The position numbers were made by a program, and so were the translations under genes. A stretch of 64,000 bases of DNA from an uncultured Gammaproteobacteria bacterium. GTDB lineage: Bacteria > Patescibacteriota > Patescibacteriia > Magasanikbacterales > UBA922. Positions 47,646-56,940 of the stretch are shown piece after piece. Every line of letters begins with the position of its first letter. Within the stretch, counting starts at the first letter, position 1. The notes beneath the pieces are model-generated. The model was not told the DNA's origin, did not search any database, and was given only the letters and a program-made list of their open reading frames with translations. The stretch spans positions 45,687-109,686 of the forward strand of contig CAZQHU010000001.1 of NCBI GenBank assembly GCA_964592785.1, written 5' to 3'.

Positions 47646-48329
47646 ATGGATTACATCAAATTAAATAATGAAACTTATAATAAGATTGCTCGTCTTTTTG
47701 ATATGACCCGTCGTTGGCTTTGGGATGATTTGAAGCCTTTGAAAAAATATACCAAAGATGGCTTTCATATTCTTGACCTGGGTTGTGGGTCAGGCCGATT
47801 ATACCATCTTTTTCAAGATTTTCAAGACATTCAATACATTGGTCTTGATCAAAGTGAGGAACAGATAAAAATTGCCAGAGAAAAATTTCCTGGTGTTGAT
47901 TTTCGAATAGGAGAGATGACGACTTTGCCTTTTGCGGATGGCGAGTTTGATGTACTGTATTGTATTGCTACTTTTCATCATTTGCCGGATGAAGAAACAA
48001 GGATAAAATCATTGCGAGAAATGGTTAGAGTGACTAAGCCCGGTTCGTATATTTTGCTTACCAATTGGAATATGTATTCTGAAACAGCTTATAAGCTAGT
48101 TGAAAAAGGAAAGTTCAAAGAAGTTTCCAAAGGTGATTTTTTGATTCCCTGGATGAATTCACAAGGTGAAGTTTTGGGTGAACGATATTATCATGGATTT
48201 ATCACAGAAGAATTGGAAAGATTATTTAAAAAAGTAGGTTTAGAATTAGTAGATCAGTATTATTCTACTAAAGGAGTAGGAAGTAGTAAAACAAACCCCG
48301 GGAATATTGTGAGTATTTTAAGAAGATGA
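47646..48329 (+). CDS. Class I SAM methyltransferase, Trm9/ALKBH8-MT-like
   Basis: ILDLGCGSGRLY motif I; YCIATFHHLPDEETR (Trm9-like HH motif); divergent from the Elp3-like gene. Confidence 0.55.
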   Translation: MDYIKLNNETYNKIARLFDMTRRWLWDDLKPLKKYTKDGFHILDLGCGSGRLYHLFQDFQDIQYIGLDQSEEQIKIAREKFPGVDFRIGEMTTLPFADGEFDVLYCIATFHHLPDEETRIKSLREMVRVTKPGSYILLTNWNMYSETAYKLVEKGKFKEVSKGDFLIPWMNSQGEVLGERYYHGFITEELERLFKKVGLELVDQYYSTKGVGSSKTNPGNIVSILRR

Positions 48330-48347
48330 TTTATCCACAGATTTTCT

Positions 48348-48382
48348 TGAAATCGTAAAAAATCGCTGTTATACTTTAATCA
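48348..48382 (+). promoter_or_regulatory. Near-consensus sigma70 promoter TTGAAA-N17-TATACT
   Basis: Read directly. Confidence 0.5.
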
Positions 48383-48388
48383 GTATGA

Positions 48389-48500
48389 CTCAACAAATGT
48401 CTTTCAGCATTTATTTTATTAAGAACCTCTGTTAACGGTGGGGCTTTTGTTGCAGTCTACAAATAGAAAGTTAGTCCACCGTAAACGGTGGTTTTTTATT
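48389..48500 (+). ncRNA. Candidate small RNA of about 110 nt between the strong promoter and the intrinsic terminator CCACCGTAAACGGTGGTTTTTT
   Basis: No ORF over 15 codons; two related hairpins; class unknown. Confidence 0.35.
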
Positions 48501-48566
48501 TAGTATTCACGCTCAGAATATAGAAATATTTTGATCGGGGATTCTAAATTGATAAAGGAGGGTGGC

Positions 48567-48803
48567 ATGGTTCCAGATGCCGATGTTTACCAAAGGTTCC
48601 AGATCATTCTGGAGAGCAGTCTCACGGGAAAGGTTTACGAGAAGTGGGCGGCGACAAGCTACCTGCCAATCGTGGCTGGAGCAGTGTTGCGACGGGTGGC
48701 TTCTTTTCCTATGGAGGAGGAATCTAACCGCGCAGTGGTGGAGGCTGCACGCAAGTGTCTTTCAGAAGGCGCTGGCAATGAGGTGTCGCCATGCGTTGTC
48801 TGA
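48567..48803 (+). CDS. Hypothetical 78-aa protein, GC-rich island F
   Basis: AAAGGAGGGTGGCATG ribosome-binding site. Confidence 0.4.
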   Translation: MVPDADVYQRFQIILESSLTGKVYEKWAATSYLPIVAGAVLRRVASFPMEEESNRAVVEAARKCLSEGAGNEVSPCVV

Positions 48804-49118
48804 AGATGCGAAGGAGGTTTTTGTTCTTTCTTTTTTTACCCGCTGGTTCATGGAGGTAAGCCAAGCGGGGTTCGTCTTAGGCAATAATACTTGTTGTTTA
48901 AGATAAATACTATATGAAACAAAATACAATAAATTTTTATTTCTTTTATTTTAATTACTACAGGCGGTGTGTTGTTTAGTTTTGTTTAAAAAATAAAAGA
49001 CAACCACTGCCAAGTGGTTGTTTTATTTTGTTCTTTAAATTTTAATGTCTCAGAAGGTGGTCAGGAAGTTCCTGATTAATGATGGGTCACTAATAAAAAG
49101 GAGGGCGTTGTGGAGGAA

Positions 49119-49184
49119 ATGACTTGGGAGGAGATCGTTCGGTCCATGGGTAAGTCGGTGGGTCCTTCTGGTAATGGCTGTTGA
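49119..49184 (+). CDS. Possible 21-aa leader/micro-ORF (MTWEEIVRSMGKSVGPSGNGC) directly upstream of, and translationally coupled to, the next gene
   Basis: AAAAAGGAGGG ribosome-binding site; its stop sits beside the next RBS. Confidence 0.25.
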   Translation: MTWEEIVRSMGKSVGPSGNGC

Positions 49185-49198
49185 AAGGAGGAATGACG

Positions 49199-49558
49199 AT
49201 GTTTAGACTGCCTAAAGGTGTTTGTTTCTTCTTTATGAAAGATCCTGCTGATCGGGGGGTTCACCATCACCGCGGTAGAGGTCATAGGAGGACTGAAGAT
49301 CTGCCGGTCAAAGACCACGAACTTGGTCTAGGGTTTGAAGCTTGGGCGAGAAAGAAGGTGAGAGTTCCCACTGAACAGGAGACTCGTACCTACACCTATC
49401 ATCCGCTCATCACCGAACACTGCTTGGCTTGTGGTTGTCCACCAGATCGTCTGGGTGGTGGCCTTAACACCATTCCTTTCCCTGTTTTCACTTTGAAAGT
49501 GGACAGAGAAGGTGTGGTACGCCATGTTTGTGGTAAGGAGGTTTTCCGAATGAAGTAA
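49199..49558 (+). CDS. Hypothetical 119-aa Cys/His-rich protein, GC-rich island F
   Basis: AAAGGAGGAATGACGATG ribosome-binding site; HCLACGC...HVCGKE possible metal-binding site. Confidence 0.4.
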   Translation: MFRLPKGVCFFFMKDPADRGVHHHRGRGHRRTEDLPVKDHELGLGFEAWARKKVRVPTEQETRTYTYHPLITEHCLACGCPPDRLGGGLNTIPFPVFTLKVDREGVVRHVCGKEVFRMK

Positions 49559-49595
49559 TTCGGAACGTCTGCCGGCGCGTTAGTCCGGCACTCAC

Positions 49596-50489
49596 TTATC
49601 TTCCAGTAATGAGACAAACAACTGCTCCAGTAAATTTCCAATTATTTTCAATCGCCTTTTTCAATCCAGCTACTGAAAGAGCGCTGTTTGGAGAAATTTT
49701 TATTTTGCAAGTTTCTTCTATCAGGTTGATTGAATCTCTAATCTCTGAGTCTGTCACCACCCAACCTTTGCCTTGGGTATTTTTTAAAATTTCTAAGATT
49801 TTTTCTTTGCGGTGAGCTATATTGTCAACAATTGCATCAGCCAAAGATGTGTCAGTTTTTTCTTCTGAATCTACCATTGGGTGGCAGGCAGTGGTTTGAA
49901 CAATATGAATTTGCGTTGGACAGTTTAATTTTTTAAAAGCTTCACCAAGTGCTTGAGCAGTAGTGCCACTGGAAGTAGGAACAAAAACTGCTTGTAAATT
50001 GGGGATTTTGCTCAGTTCTTCTGCCAATTCAAAATAACCTTCAAGTGCCAGGTCATCAGTGGATTGGCGCAAGAATTTTTTTGTGCCATTCTTATCTTCC
50101 AAAAAAGCTTCTTGCTTGGGATTTTCTACTTGTTCTAGAGAAATATTTTGGTCTTCAATTACAGTCATCAAGATTTTTAATTTTTCCGGATTAATATTTT
50201 TACCAATATAAATTTTCAATTTTATTTTTTGTTCATTATTTCGATTGTGAGCTTGAACAGCATGAATGGCGGCGAGTGCGGCATTGCCCGAAGAAGAAAT
50301 GACAAACTCTTGATAGGGTCCACCAATCGTTTCAGTATAAGGTCCAACTTTTGAATATTTTTTGATCATTATTGGCAGGGATCTTCCTTTGTGTGAACCA
50401 TATTTATGAAGATCTTCTCGTTTGAGATAAACTTCCGGAGTATTTAGAGTTTCTGCTAATTCAGGGTAAGACTGTTGAATAGTTTTCAT
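49596..50489 (-). CDS. PLP-dependent fold-type II enzyme (threonine synthase / cysteine synthase-like)
   Basis: KREDLHKYGSHKGR (PLP-lysine motif GS[FH]K[DG]R), SSGNAA glycine loop. Confidence 0.6.
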   Translation of the reverse strand: MKTIQQSYPELAETLNTPEVYLKREDLHKYGSHKGRSLPIMIKKYSKVGPYTETIGGPYQEFVISSSGNAALAAIHAVQAHNRNNEQKIKLKIYIGKNINPEKLKILMTVIEDQNISLEQVENPKQEAFLEDKNGTKKFLRQSTDDLALEGYFELAEELSKIPNLQAVFVPTSSGTTAQALGEAFKKLNCPTQIHIVQTTACHPMVDSEEKTDTSLADAIVDNIAHRKEKILEILKNTQGKGWVVTDSEIRDSINLIEETCKIKISPNSALSVAGLKKAIENNWKFTGAVVCLITGR

Positions 50490-50530
50490 AGTTGTGTTAT
50501 ACTTTGCTTGTTAAATATTTATTTTAAAAT

Positions 50531-50695
50531 ATGAAATTAATTTGTCCAGAATGTAAAAATAATGTTGATTTGTCAATTTATCCCAATTTGGCAATAGAAC
50601 AGGTGATAGAGTGTAATGTGTGTGGAATTTCTTTGTTGGTGACAGAAATGAATGACGAGGAAATTCAGACAGAAGTGGTGGATGAGGGGAAATAA
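50531..50695 (+). CDS. 54-aa zinc-ribbon protein with an acidic C-terminus (LysW-like appearance)
   Basis: CPEC...CNVCG pair; not in the ORF track because it is under 60 aa; terminator at 50726-50757. Confidence 0.4.
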   Translation: MKLICPECKNNVDLSIYPNLAIEQVIECNVCGISLLVTEMNDEEIQTEVVDEGK

Positions 50696-50748
50696 TGCGG
50701 ACTAACGCAGACTTACGCAGAATAAACGCAGAAAACATTTCTGCGTTT

Positions 50749-51306
50749 TTATTTTTTAAATAGTTTTTGTTTGAATTCTTTTAATTTTCCTTGGTACTTT
50801 AATCTTAAAATATCAATTACCATATCCTGGGAACGAAAATTTTCTTTTAAAATAATTTTCATAAAGTCTTGAAAATTTACTTTCAAGATTTTTATTTTTT
50901 CTCCATTATCCAATGCTTGTTTTTGGATTGACACACAGTTACGAGCAACATAGTTATACATTGTCCATTCAATTTTATGATATAGTGCTTTGGTGGTAAT
51001 CAACTCCCAATCATTGGAAATACATCCGGATTCTTCCAAGAGTTCGCGTTTAGCTGCTTGGAGTGGTGATTCACCAGGATCAATTCGTCCACCAAAAACA
51101 GAATAAAAATAATTTTTATATTGTGGTTGTTTCTGTTTGGCTAAAAGAATTTTTTTATCTGAGGTCGTGGCAATAATTTGTACTGTATCTGGACGTTTAA
51201 GCATTTCAAAAGTAGCCATTGATCCATCATACATTTTTTGAGGCCATTGGTAAACATCAAAAATCACTCCTTTGAATACTCGTTTGGCTTGTTTGGGTAT
51301 TTTCAT
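50749..51306 (-). CDS. NUDIX hydrolase
   Basis: Nudix box GGRIDPGESPLQAAKRELLEESGC. Confidence 0.75.
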   Translation of the reverse strand: MKIPKQAKRVFKGVIFDVYQWPQKMYDGSMATFEMLKRPDTVQIIATTSDKKILLAKQKQPQYKNYFYSVFGGRIDPGESPLQAAKRELLEESGCISNDWELITTKALYHKIEWTMYNYVARNCVSIQKQALDNGEKIKILKVNFQDFMKIILKENFRSQDMVIDILRLKYQGKLKEFKQKLFKK

Positions 51307-51376
51307 AGTAATCTCGAGTCACAGCGAGAGATCCCTTTTCATTGGGTTAAACTTCGCTTAATTATTTATTATTGTT

Positions 51377-53017
51377 TTATATTTTAAAAAGGGATTCCTC
51401 ACCCTGTTGGGTTCGGAATTTTGAAATTAGTTCTTCAATCATTCCGCGGAAACCATGGCTACCACAAAAAACTATAGTAACCTTATTTTGTTTGATTAAA
51501 TAATTTACTAATTCTTCATCATCATCAATATATTTTACATTGGGGTGGGTCTTGGCAATGATTTTTGTCAGTTCGCTTCCTTCCCAGTGTTTTAATTTTT
51601 CTGAAGTTTTTAATTTGGTTAGTTTAGGAATAATTACTTCGTCAGCGTTTTCAAAAGCATTATTATAGCTTGGTTCAGATTGTGGTTGGCGATTGCCGGT
51701 ATTGGGTTCGAAGATGCAGAAGATTTTGGTTCTGTCATTTTGAGCCCCGCCTTGCGGGGAAGAATCCCGACGGGATCCTTCGTCACTTCGTTCCTCAGGA
51801 TGACGCTTGTATATGTTGGCTAAATTTTCCAAAACACTTTTGGCTTTGGCGGGGGAGTGAGCAATATCATCAAAAATAGTAATATTTTCATTTTCAAATC
51901 TTTTTTCCAGTCTTCTTTTTAGGCCTTGAAATTTAGCGATTGCTTGAATAATTTTTTCTGGTTCAATACCAATTTGGTGAGCCATGGCGAAAGCGCCGGT
52001 GATGTTTTCAACATTGTAAGAACCCAAGGTTTTAGTTTGTAGCTTATAGTTTTTAGAATCATGTATAATTTCAAACTGCAAACCAGATTTGTCCATTGTC
52101 ACATTGCCACATTGATACGTTGTCGATGGGGAAAATCCATATGTGATAATTTGGCAATTTGACAATTTGACAATGTTTTTTGTTTTTTCACCTGCTACAA
52201 TTATGCCATTCTTTGGCACAGACTTAATTAATTTTTCAAACGCCTGAAAATAACTTTTTTCAGTGGGATAAACATCCGCATGATCCCATTCTATGGCTGT
52301 CAAAAGCAGGTGAGTGGGGTGATAATGAAAAAATTTGGCGCCATCATCCCAGCGAGAAGATTTGTATTCATCACCTTCAAGTACTGACCAATCGTCATCT
52401 TGAGCGGATCCGCCAGTTGGCGGAGGAGTCGAAAGATCCCTTGTAAGAAGTAAGGGATTCTTCGACTTCGTCGCGTCTGGCGCGACTTCGCTCAGAATGA
52501 CGTTTCCTAAGCTAGCACTATCAAACTCATCAATCACAATTCCTCCAAACATATAACTGGGATTATAACCACATTCTGACAGGATAAAAGAGAGTAGGGC
52601 AGAAGTCGAGGTCTTACCATAGGTACCAGCACAAACAATTGAATTTTCTTTAACAAAATATTTTTCAATAGCTTCTGGATAAGATAAATAATTTAATTTA
52701 TTTTTTTGAACATAGAGCCACTCAGGATTTGTAGAACTAGCGACATTGCCGACTATTACTAAATGGTCATTTTTTCCTCCTTCGCTACCACCTTCGCCAA
52801 GGCTTTGGCGGTCAAGAAAGCTTCGGAGGACGAAGTCTGGATGCCAGCCTGGATAGAAATCTATCTGATGTTTTTCTAGATTGGTAGAAACTGGAGGAAA
52901 GAAACCGACATCAGATCCGGACACCTCAAAACCAGCTTTTTTGAAAGCTATAGCGAGAGCCGACATGGCTACTCCACAGATGCCGATGAAATGAATTTTG
53001 TGAATTTTGTTGTTCAT
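51377..53017 (-). CDS. murC: Mur ligase (MurC/Mpl-type) with three in-frame repeat insertions
   Basis: IHFIGICGVAMSALAIAFKKAGFEVSGSD N-terminus, GTYGKTSTS P-loop; insertions at 51734-51804, 52394-52503 and 52775-52838. Confidence 0.8.
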   Translation of the reverse strand: MNNKIHKIHFIGICGVAMSALAIAFKKAGFEVSGSDVGFFPPVSTNLEKHQIDFYPGWHPDFVLRSFLDRQSLGEGGSEGGKNDHLVIVGNVASSTNPEWLYVQKNKLNYLSYPEAIEKYFVKENSIVCAGTYGKTSTSALLSFILSECGYNPSYMFGGIVIDEFDSASLGNVILSEVAPDATKSKNPLLLTRDLSTPPPTGGSAQDDDWSVLEGDEYKSSRWDDGAKFFHYHPTHLLLTAIEWDHADVYPTEKSYFQAFEKLIKSVPKNGIIVAGEKTKNIVKLSNCQIITYGFSPSTTYQCGNVTMDKSGLQFEIIHDSKNYKLQTKTLGSYNVENITGAFAMAHQIGIEPEKIIQAIAKFQGLKRRLEKRFENENITIFDDIAHSPAKAKSVLENLANIYKRHPEERSDEGSRRDSSPQGGAQNDRTKIFCIFEPNTGNRQPQSEPSYNNAFENADEVIIPKLTKLKTSEKLKHWEGSELTKIIAKTHPNVKYIDDDEELVNYLIKQNKVTIVFCGSHGFRGMIEELISKFRTQQGEESLFKI

Positions 53018-53088
53018 TAATATTTGGTTAGTATTTTTCTAGTATTCATGAAATATTAAACATATACTAAAAAAATATTAACAAAATA

Positions 53089-53802
53089 TTATTTAAGGAT
53101 TTCTTTCAGCTCATTTAAACTATCACTCCATTTCTCACCATCAAACCATTCCAATCCTGTGAATTGTAGTTTGTAAGTGTCAGTTGGACGTTGGGCAGAT
53201 CCCAAGTAAATATATTTTTTATTATTTTCTTTGGCGTAGAGAATAGCTCGGAGCATCATACCCATGCCGAGGTTGGATAAACCGACCGTTAAAGAATAGA
53301 AAGGATAGGAGTAGTGTAGGATTTCGTTCGTTTCGTGACAGATGGCGTAGCCGATGATGAGGTCATCCTGAGCGGATCCGCCAGTTGGCGGAGGAGTCGA
53401 AGGATCCCTTTCTAACTCGGGATTCTTCACTTCGTTCAGAATGACGTATTTGAAAAGTTTATTAAAATTATGTTCAGTCGTTAATAATTCTTTTATCTTG
53501 TTGGCAGAAAAAACTCCTTTACCAAATTTAGTTTCGTAAAAATCTTTAGCAATTTTACCAATTTGCCAGTTGTAACTAGTAACTGGTAACTCGTAACTAG
53601 TAAATGTTAAGTTTTCAGTTTTTTTTAAAATGCGTTTATTTTCGCTTGACAATTTAAACTTGTTCAAATCAATTCGTAAACTTCGCGTTTGGTACATGCT
53701 TCCCAAGTGTTCGCGGGTGAATAAATAACCCTCGTTGTAGAGAGAGTTGATGTTGTCGTCGGAAAAATTAGTAGTAGTTTTTTCGTTCCATTTTAGGTAC
53801 AT
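53089..53802 (-). CDS. Ate1/Bpt-like aminoacyl-tRNA--protein transferase (tentative) with an in-frame family-1 repeat insertion (53363-53446)
   Basis: C-terminal YIYLGS...YKLQFTGLEWFDGEKW resembles the Bpt/Ate1 C-domain. Confidence 0.4.
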   Translation of the reverse strand: MYLKWNEKTTTNFSDDNINSLYNEGYLFTREHLGSMYQTRSLRIDLNKFKLSSENKRILKKTENLTFTSYELPVTSYNWQIGKIAKDFYETKFGKGVFSANKIKELLTTEHNFNKLFKYVILNEVKNPELERDPSTPPPTGGSAQDDLIIGYAICHETNEILHYSYPFYSLTVGLSNLGMGMMLRAILYAKENNKKYIYLGSAQRPTDTYKLQFTGLEWFDGEKWSDSLNELKEILK

Positions 53803-53803
53803 A

Positions 53804-54037
53804 TTACTTCACCCAAAAATAATATATGGGTACGAATTGTCCAATACCTGTGGTTCTTACATCAATACACTGGGTATTAGGAGGACATATTTGTTTAGAG
53901 TTTGTTTCAATAATTTTGCAATAGGATGGTGGTTTGGTGGACATCGTGACTTCCAAACACTTTTCAGAGATGATGAAATTTATTGTAGTAAGAATACCAA
54001 CTATAATTATTATTAATAGAATTATTTTTTTTGACAT
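53804..54037 (-). CDS. Small membrane-anchored Cys-containing protein
   Basis: N-terminal hydrophobic anchor; paralogue-like to the next gene. Confidence 0.35.
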   Translation of the reverse strand: MSKKIILLIIIIVGILTTINFIISEKCLEVTMSTKPPSYCKIIETNSKQICPPNTQCIDVRTTGIGQFVPIYYFWVK

Positions 54038-54064
54038 AAATTTTAATTTAATAAGTAGAATATA

Positions 54065-54412
54065 CTATCCTAAGCAAATTGCGTTGTCCTTTGAAGTACA
54101 AAATTCATATGATTCAGCTTGTGGATCCCAACCATTTTTGCATTGCATCCAAGTACAAGCATTTTGTTTTTCACACGATTCTTTTGTTTTTAGTTTGTGA
54201 CAGGTTTCATATTCTTTACGAAGTTGTTGTTGTTTGATAATACATTTTGTAAATTCTTCGCCCTTGAATTGGCTACACATTTGTTTATCCGAATTTTGTG
54301 TATTAATTTTTTCTATTTCGTAATGATAAACTAATTGATAAATTAAAACTGACGCGCAAACAACAATTAATATAAGTATCCAATATGGTAGTTTGAGGGA
54401 GAGTATTTTCAT
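54065..54412 (-). CDS. Small membrane-anchored Cys-rich protein
   Basis: Signal anchor plus 8 Cys. Confidence 0.4.
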   Translation of the reverse strand: MKILSLKLPYWILILIVVCASVLIYQLVYHYEIEKINTQNSDKQMCSQFKGEEFTKCIIKQQQLRKEYETCHKLKTKESCEKQNACTWMQCKNGWDPQAESYEFCTSKDNAICLG

Positions 54413-54418
54413 ATTAGT

Positions 54419-55540
54419 TTAATACAGCGCTATCCAAAGTCCTAAGAGCACCATCGCTCCATGGGCGATCCAAAAACGCATAACAGTTTTTTCTTCTGTC
54501 CACCCTAGGAGTTCAAAATGATGATGCAGTGGGGCCATCTTGAAAATTCTTCGTCCCCAAGTATAGCGACCAAAAATTTGAATAATTACAGAAACCAATT
54601 CTACATAAAAAATAAAACCAAAGAAGGGGAGTAGGAGCATTTTATTTATAACAATAGCATTTATTGCCAATAAAGCTCCCAAACCAAGTGAACCAACATC
54701 ACCCATTTGAAAACGAGCTGGTTTGACATTGAAATAAGTGTAAGTAATCAATGCTCCAGAAGCAGTGGCATTTAATAGAGTAATTTCGTGGTAACCAGTA
54801 AGCCAGCTAAGAATAGTCAAAGTGGAAAAAGTAATAATAAGCGAACCACCAGCTAGTCCGTCCATGCCATCGGCTACATTTACGGCATTGGCAGTAAACA
54901 TGACAAAGAAAATAATAATTGGCATGATCCACCAGCCAATATCTACTAGGCCATCAAAAGGAATAAAAATTTCCCGCCAGCTTTCTCCCAGTTTAAAATA
55001 GATCCAATAAGCAGTAATGGCTCCAGCTGCAAATTGTAAAAGCAATTTTTCATGAACATGTACGCCTCTTCCTGGATGAGAACCGAGTGATAGAGCCAGA
55101 CGTTTAAAAATAGACCAAGGCAAAGTAATAATTAACCAGAGACGATATCTCCAGTCAGCATGCACCCGAATAAGAGTAAGAATTTGTTTGATTTTTCTAT
55201 TTCTTCTTTCATGTCCATAAATATGCATCACATCATCAATGCCACCCAAGAGTGCAGCGAGTAACATTACACCGATTGGCACCCAGGTAAAGCTTCGTTC
55301 CCAGTTGAAGAAATAAGTAATAATAGCGACAGTGATAATAACTAAAAGTCCACCCATGATTGGTGTGCCAGTTTTTTGGGTGATACCCAAGGTAGCATCA
55401 TAATCTCCCCGTCTGGTAAGCTTGAAATGATAAAGAAATTTAATCAAAACTGGAGCCCAAACAAAAGCCAAAACAGCCGAAAAAATACCGAAACTAATAG
55501 CGGTTTTGAGTTCTGGCAATGTTCCCAAAGGGATATTCAT
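54419..55540 (-). CDS. mraY: Phospho-N-acetylmuramoyl-pentapeptide transferase MraY
   Basis: NAVNVADGMDGLAGG motif, polytopic. Confidence 0.85.
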   Translation of the reverse strand: MNIPLGTLPELKTAISFGIFSAVLAFVWAPVLIKFLYHFKLTRRGDYDATLGITQKTGTPIMGGLLVIITVAIITYFFNWERSFTWVPIGVMLLAALLGGIDDVMHIYGHERRNRKIKQILTLIRVHADWRYRLWLIITLPWSIFKRLALSLGSHPGRGVHVHEKLLLQFAAGAITAYWIYFKLGESWREIFIPFDGLVDIGWWIMPIIIFFVMFTANAVNVADGMDGLAGGSLIITFSTLTILSWLTGYHEITLLNATASGALITYTYFNVKPARFQMGDVGSLGLGALLAINAIVINKMLLLPFFGFIFYVELVSVIIQIFGRYTWGRRIFKMAPLHHHFELLGWTEEKTVMRFWIAHGAMVLLGLWIALY

Positions 55541-55716
55541 AAGTCTAGATTATTTTATCAACAATTGACTAAAAAATCAAGTTTTGAAAATGCTTGAAAA
55601 ATTTTTGGATTTGTGTTTAAATAAATTGAAAGCTTGAATAAAAGAGCTGATGAGGTTGGGATTTACTCGTCCTAGTAGAGTTGATTTGGTCAGCTCTTTC
55701 ACAACTGGAGGCAATC

Positions 55717-56871
55717 ATGTCCATTGGTGGAGTGGTCATCACTACGGGCGTAGCCTGTGCCAAACTGGATCTGCTCAAGGTCATGATCGAGATGGTTCTC
55801 CAGGCAGGTCTTCAGCCGGTGTTGCGGATCAATACCGCGCATCACGGCAGTCCGTTGTTCCAGCAGATACTGGACGTGACCTGTGAAGCTAGGTATGCGT
55901 ATCCGGAAGGTGAAGTCCTGCTTCAGATGGACTTGCCTGGTCCGAAAATCCGCGCGCGGATTGCAAGCGGGGTCAAGGAAAGGGAACTCAAGCCTGGTGA
56001 TGAGATCTTCTTCGGCCATGAAGGCTGTCTACCGCAGTTCTCGTTCAACAATGGCCGTGAACTTCTCTGCCCCAATCTGCCCGAAGTGCTCTTTGGGCTG
56101 GAGGCGGGGATGGACATTGTCATGGCCGACGGTGCATTCCGTTTCCAGGTGAAGGAAGTGGTGGAGCAAAATCGTCTATTCCTGCTCGTGGTCTTGAGGG
56201 CCAAGGAAGTGTTCAAGGATTACCGTGGTGTTTCCTTCCCGAAACGGAGAGGTATCGGTGGTATCTGCTGCCCCACTCAGGAAGACCTAGACCTGGTACC
56301 GCTGGTAGTTTCTTCGAGTGCGAACATCGTTGCCCAATCCTTCACGCTGAACGGTGATTCCATTCGCACTCTGCGTTCGCAGATCGAGAAGTGCGGTGGA
56401 AGGAACGTGCAGGTGATGGCTAAGCCGGAAAACCGCGATGCCTTGTACAACTGGAGGAGCATCTGCGAAGCGAGCGATTCACTGATGGTTCCTCGGGGTG
56501 ACCTGGCAGTGGAAGTCTCCCTTCTGGATCTGCCTTTCATCCAGCAGATACTGGTCATTTGGGGACGTTCCTACAACAAGCCGGTCACCATTGGTACGGG
56601 GCTCTTGCGTAGCATGCTCGAAGACGACGAGTATGCACGTTCGGAAGCCACGGATGTCACGGTGGCGATTCAGCAGCTCTGGGGGACCCCAGGCTTCGTG
56701 ATGCTGACGAACGAAACCTGCGAGGGTAAACACCCGGCCGAGACCGTGGCAGTGATCCTGGCGACGGTCCAGAGGAACAGGAAGTATTTGGAGATCCTTC
56801 ACCATCTGGTTCCGACTGACTTGGACAGGTTCGAGGAGGAATATCGGGGGCTTTTGGACAGTTGCACTTGA
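55717..56871 (+). CDS. Divergent pyruvate-kinase-like TIM-barrel protein lacking the C-terminal domain, GC-rich island G
   Basis: GGAGGcaatcATG ribosome-binding site; DLPGPKIR, MAKPENRDAL, MVPRGDLAVEV and KPVTIGTGLLRSM parallel the PK motifs DTKGPEIR, KIENQEG, MVARGDLG and KPVICATQMLESM. Confidence 0.6.
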   Translation: MSIGGVVITTGVACAKLDLLKVMIEMVLQAGLQPVLRINTAHHGSPLFQQILDVTCEARYAYPEGEVLLQMDLPGPKIRARIASGVKERELKPGDEIFFGHEGCLPQFSFNNGRELLCPNLPEVLFGLEAGMDIVMADGAFRFQVKEVVEQNRLFLLVVLRAKEVFKDYRGVSFPKRRGIGGICCPTQEDLDLVPLVVSSSANIVAQSFTLNGDSIRTLRSQIEKCGGRNVQVMAKPENRDALYNWRSICEASDSLMVPRGDLAVEVSLLDLPFIQQILVIWGRSYNKPVTIGTGLLRSMLEDDEYARSEATDVTVAIQQLWGTPGFVMLTNETCEGKHPAETVAVILATVQRNRKYLEILHHLVPTDLDRFEEEYRGLLDSCT

Positions 56872-56940
56872 TCTCCCTTGGGAGGTGGAGGGAATCGTGG
56901 TCTGGTTGATTAGTGCGATAAGTAGAAAGGAGGTGTGATC

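Noticed and set aside
55640-55700. CUGAUGAG motif suggesting a hammerhead ribozyme at the left edge of island G
   Set aside because: The required downstream GAAA/CGAAAC core and the stem III geometry are absent. The motif is part of a simple inverted repeat AAGAGCTGA...TCAGCTCTT.
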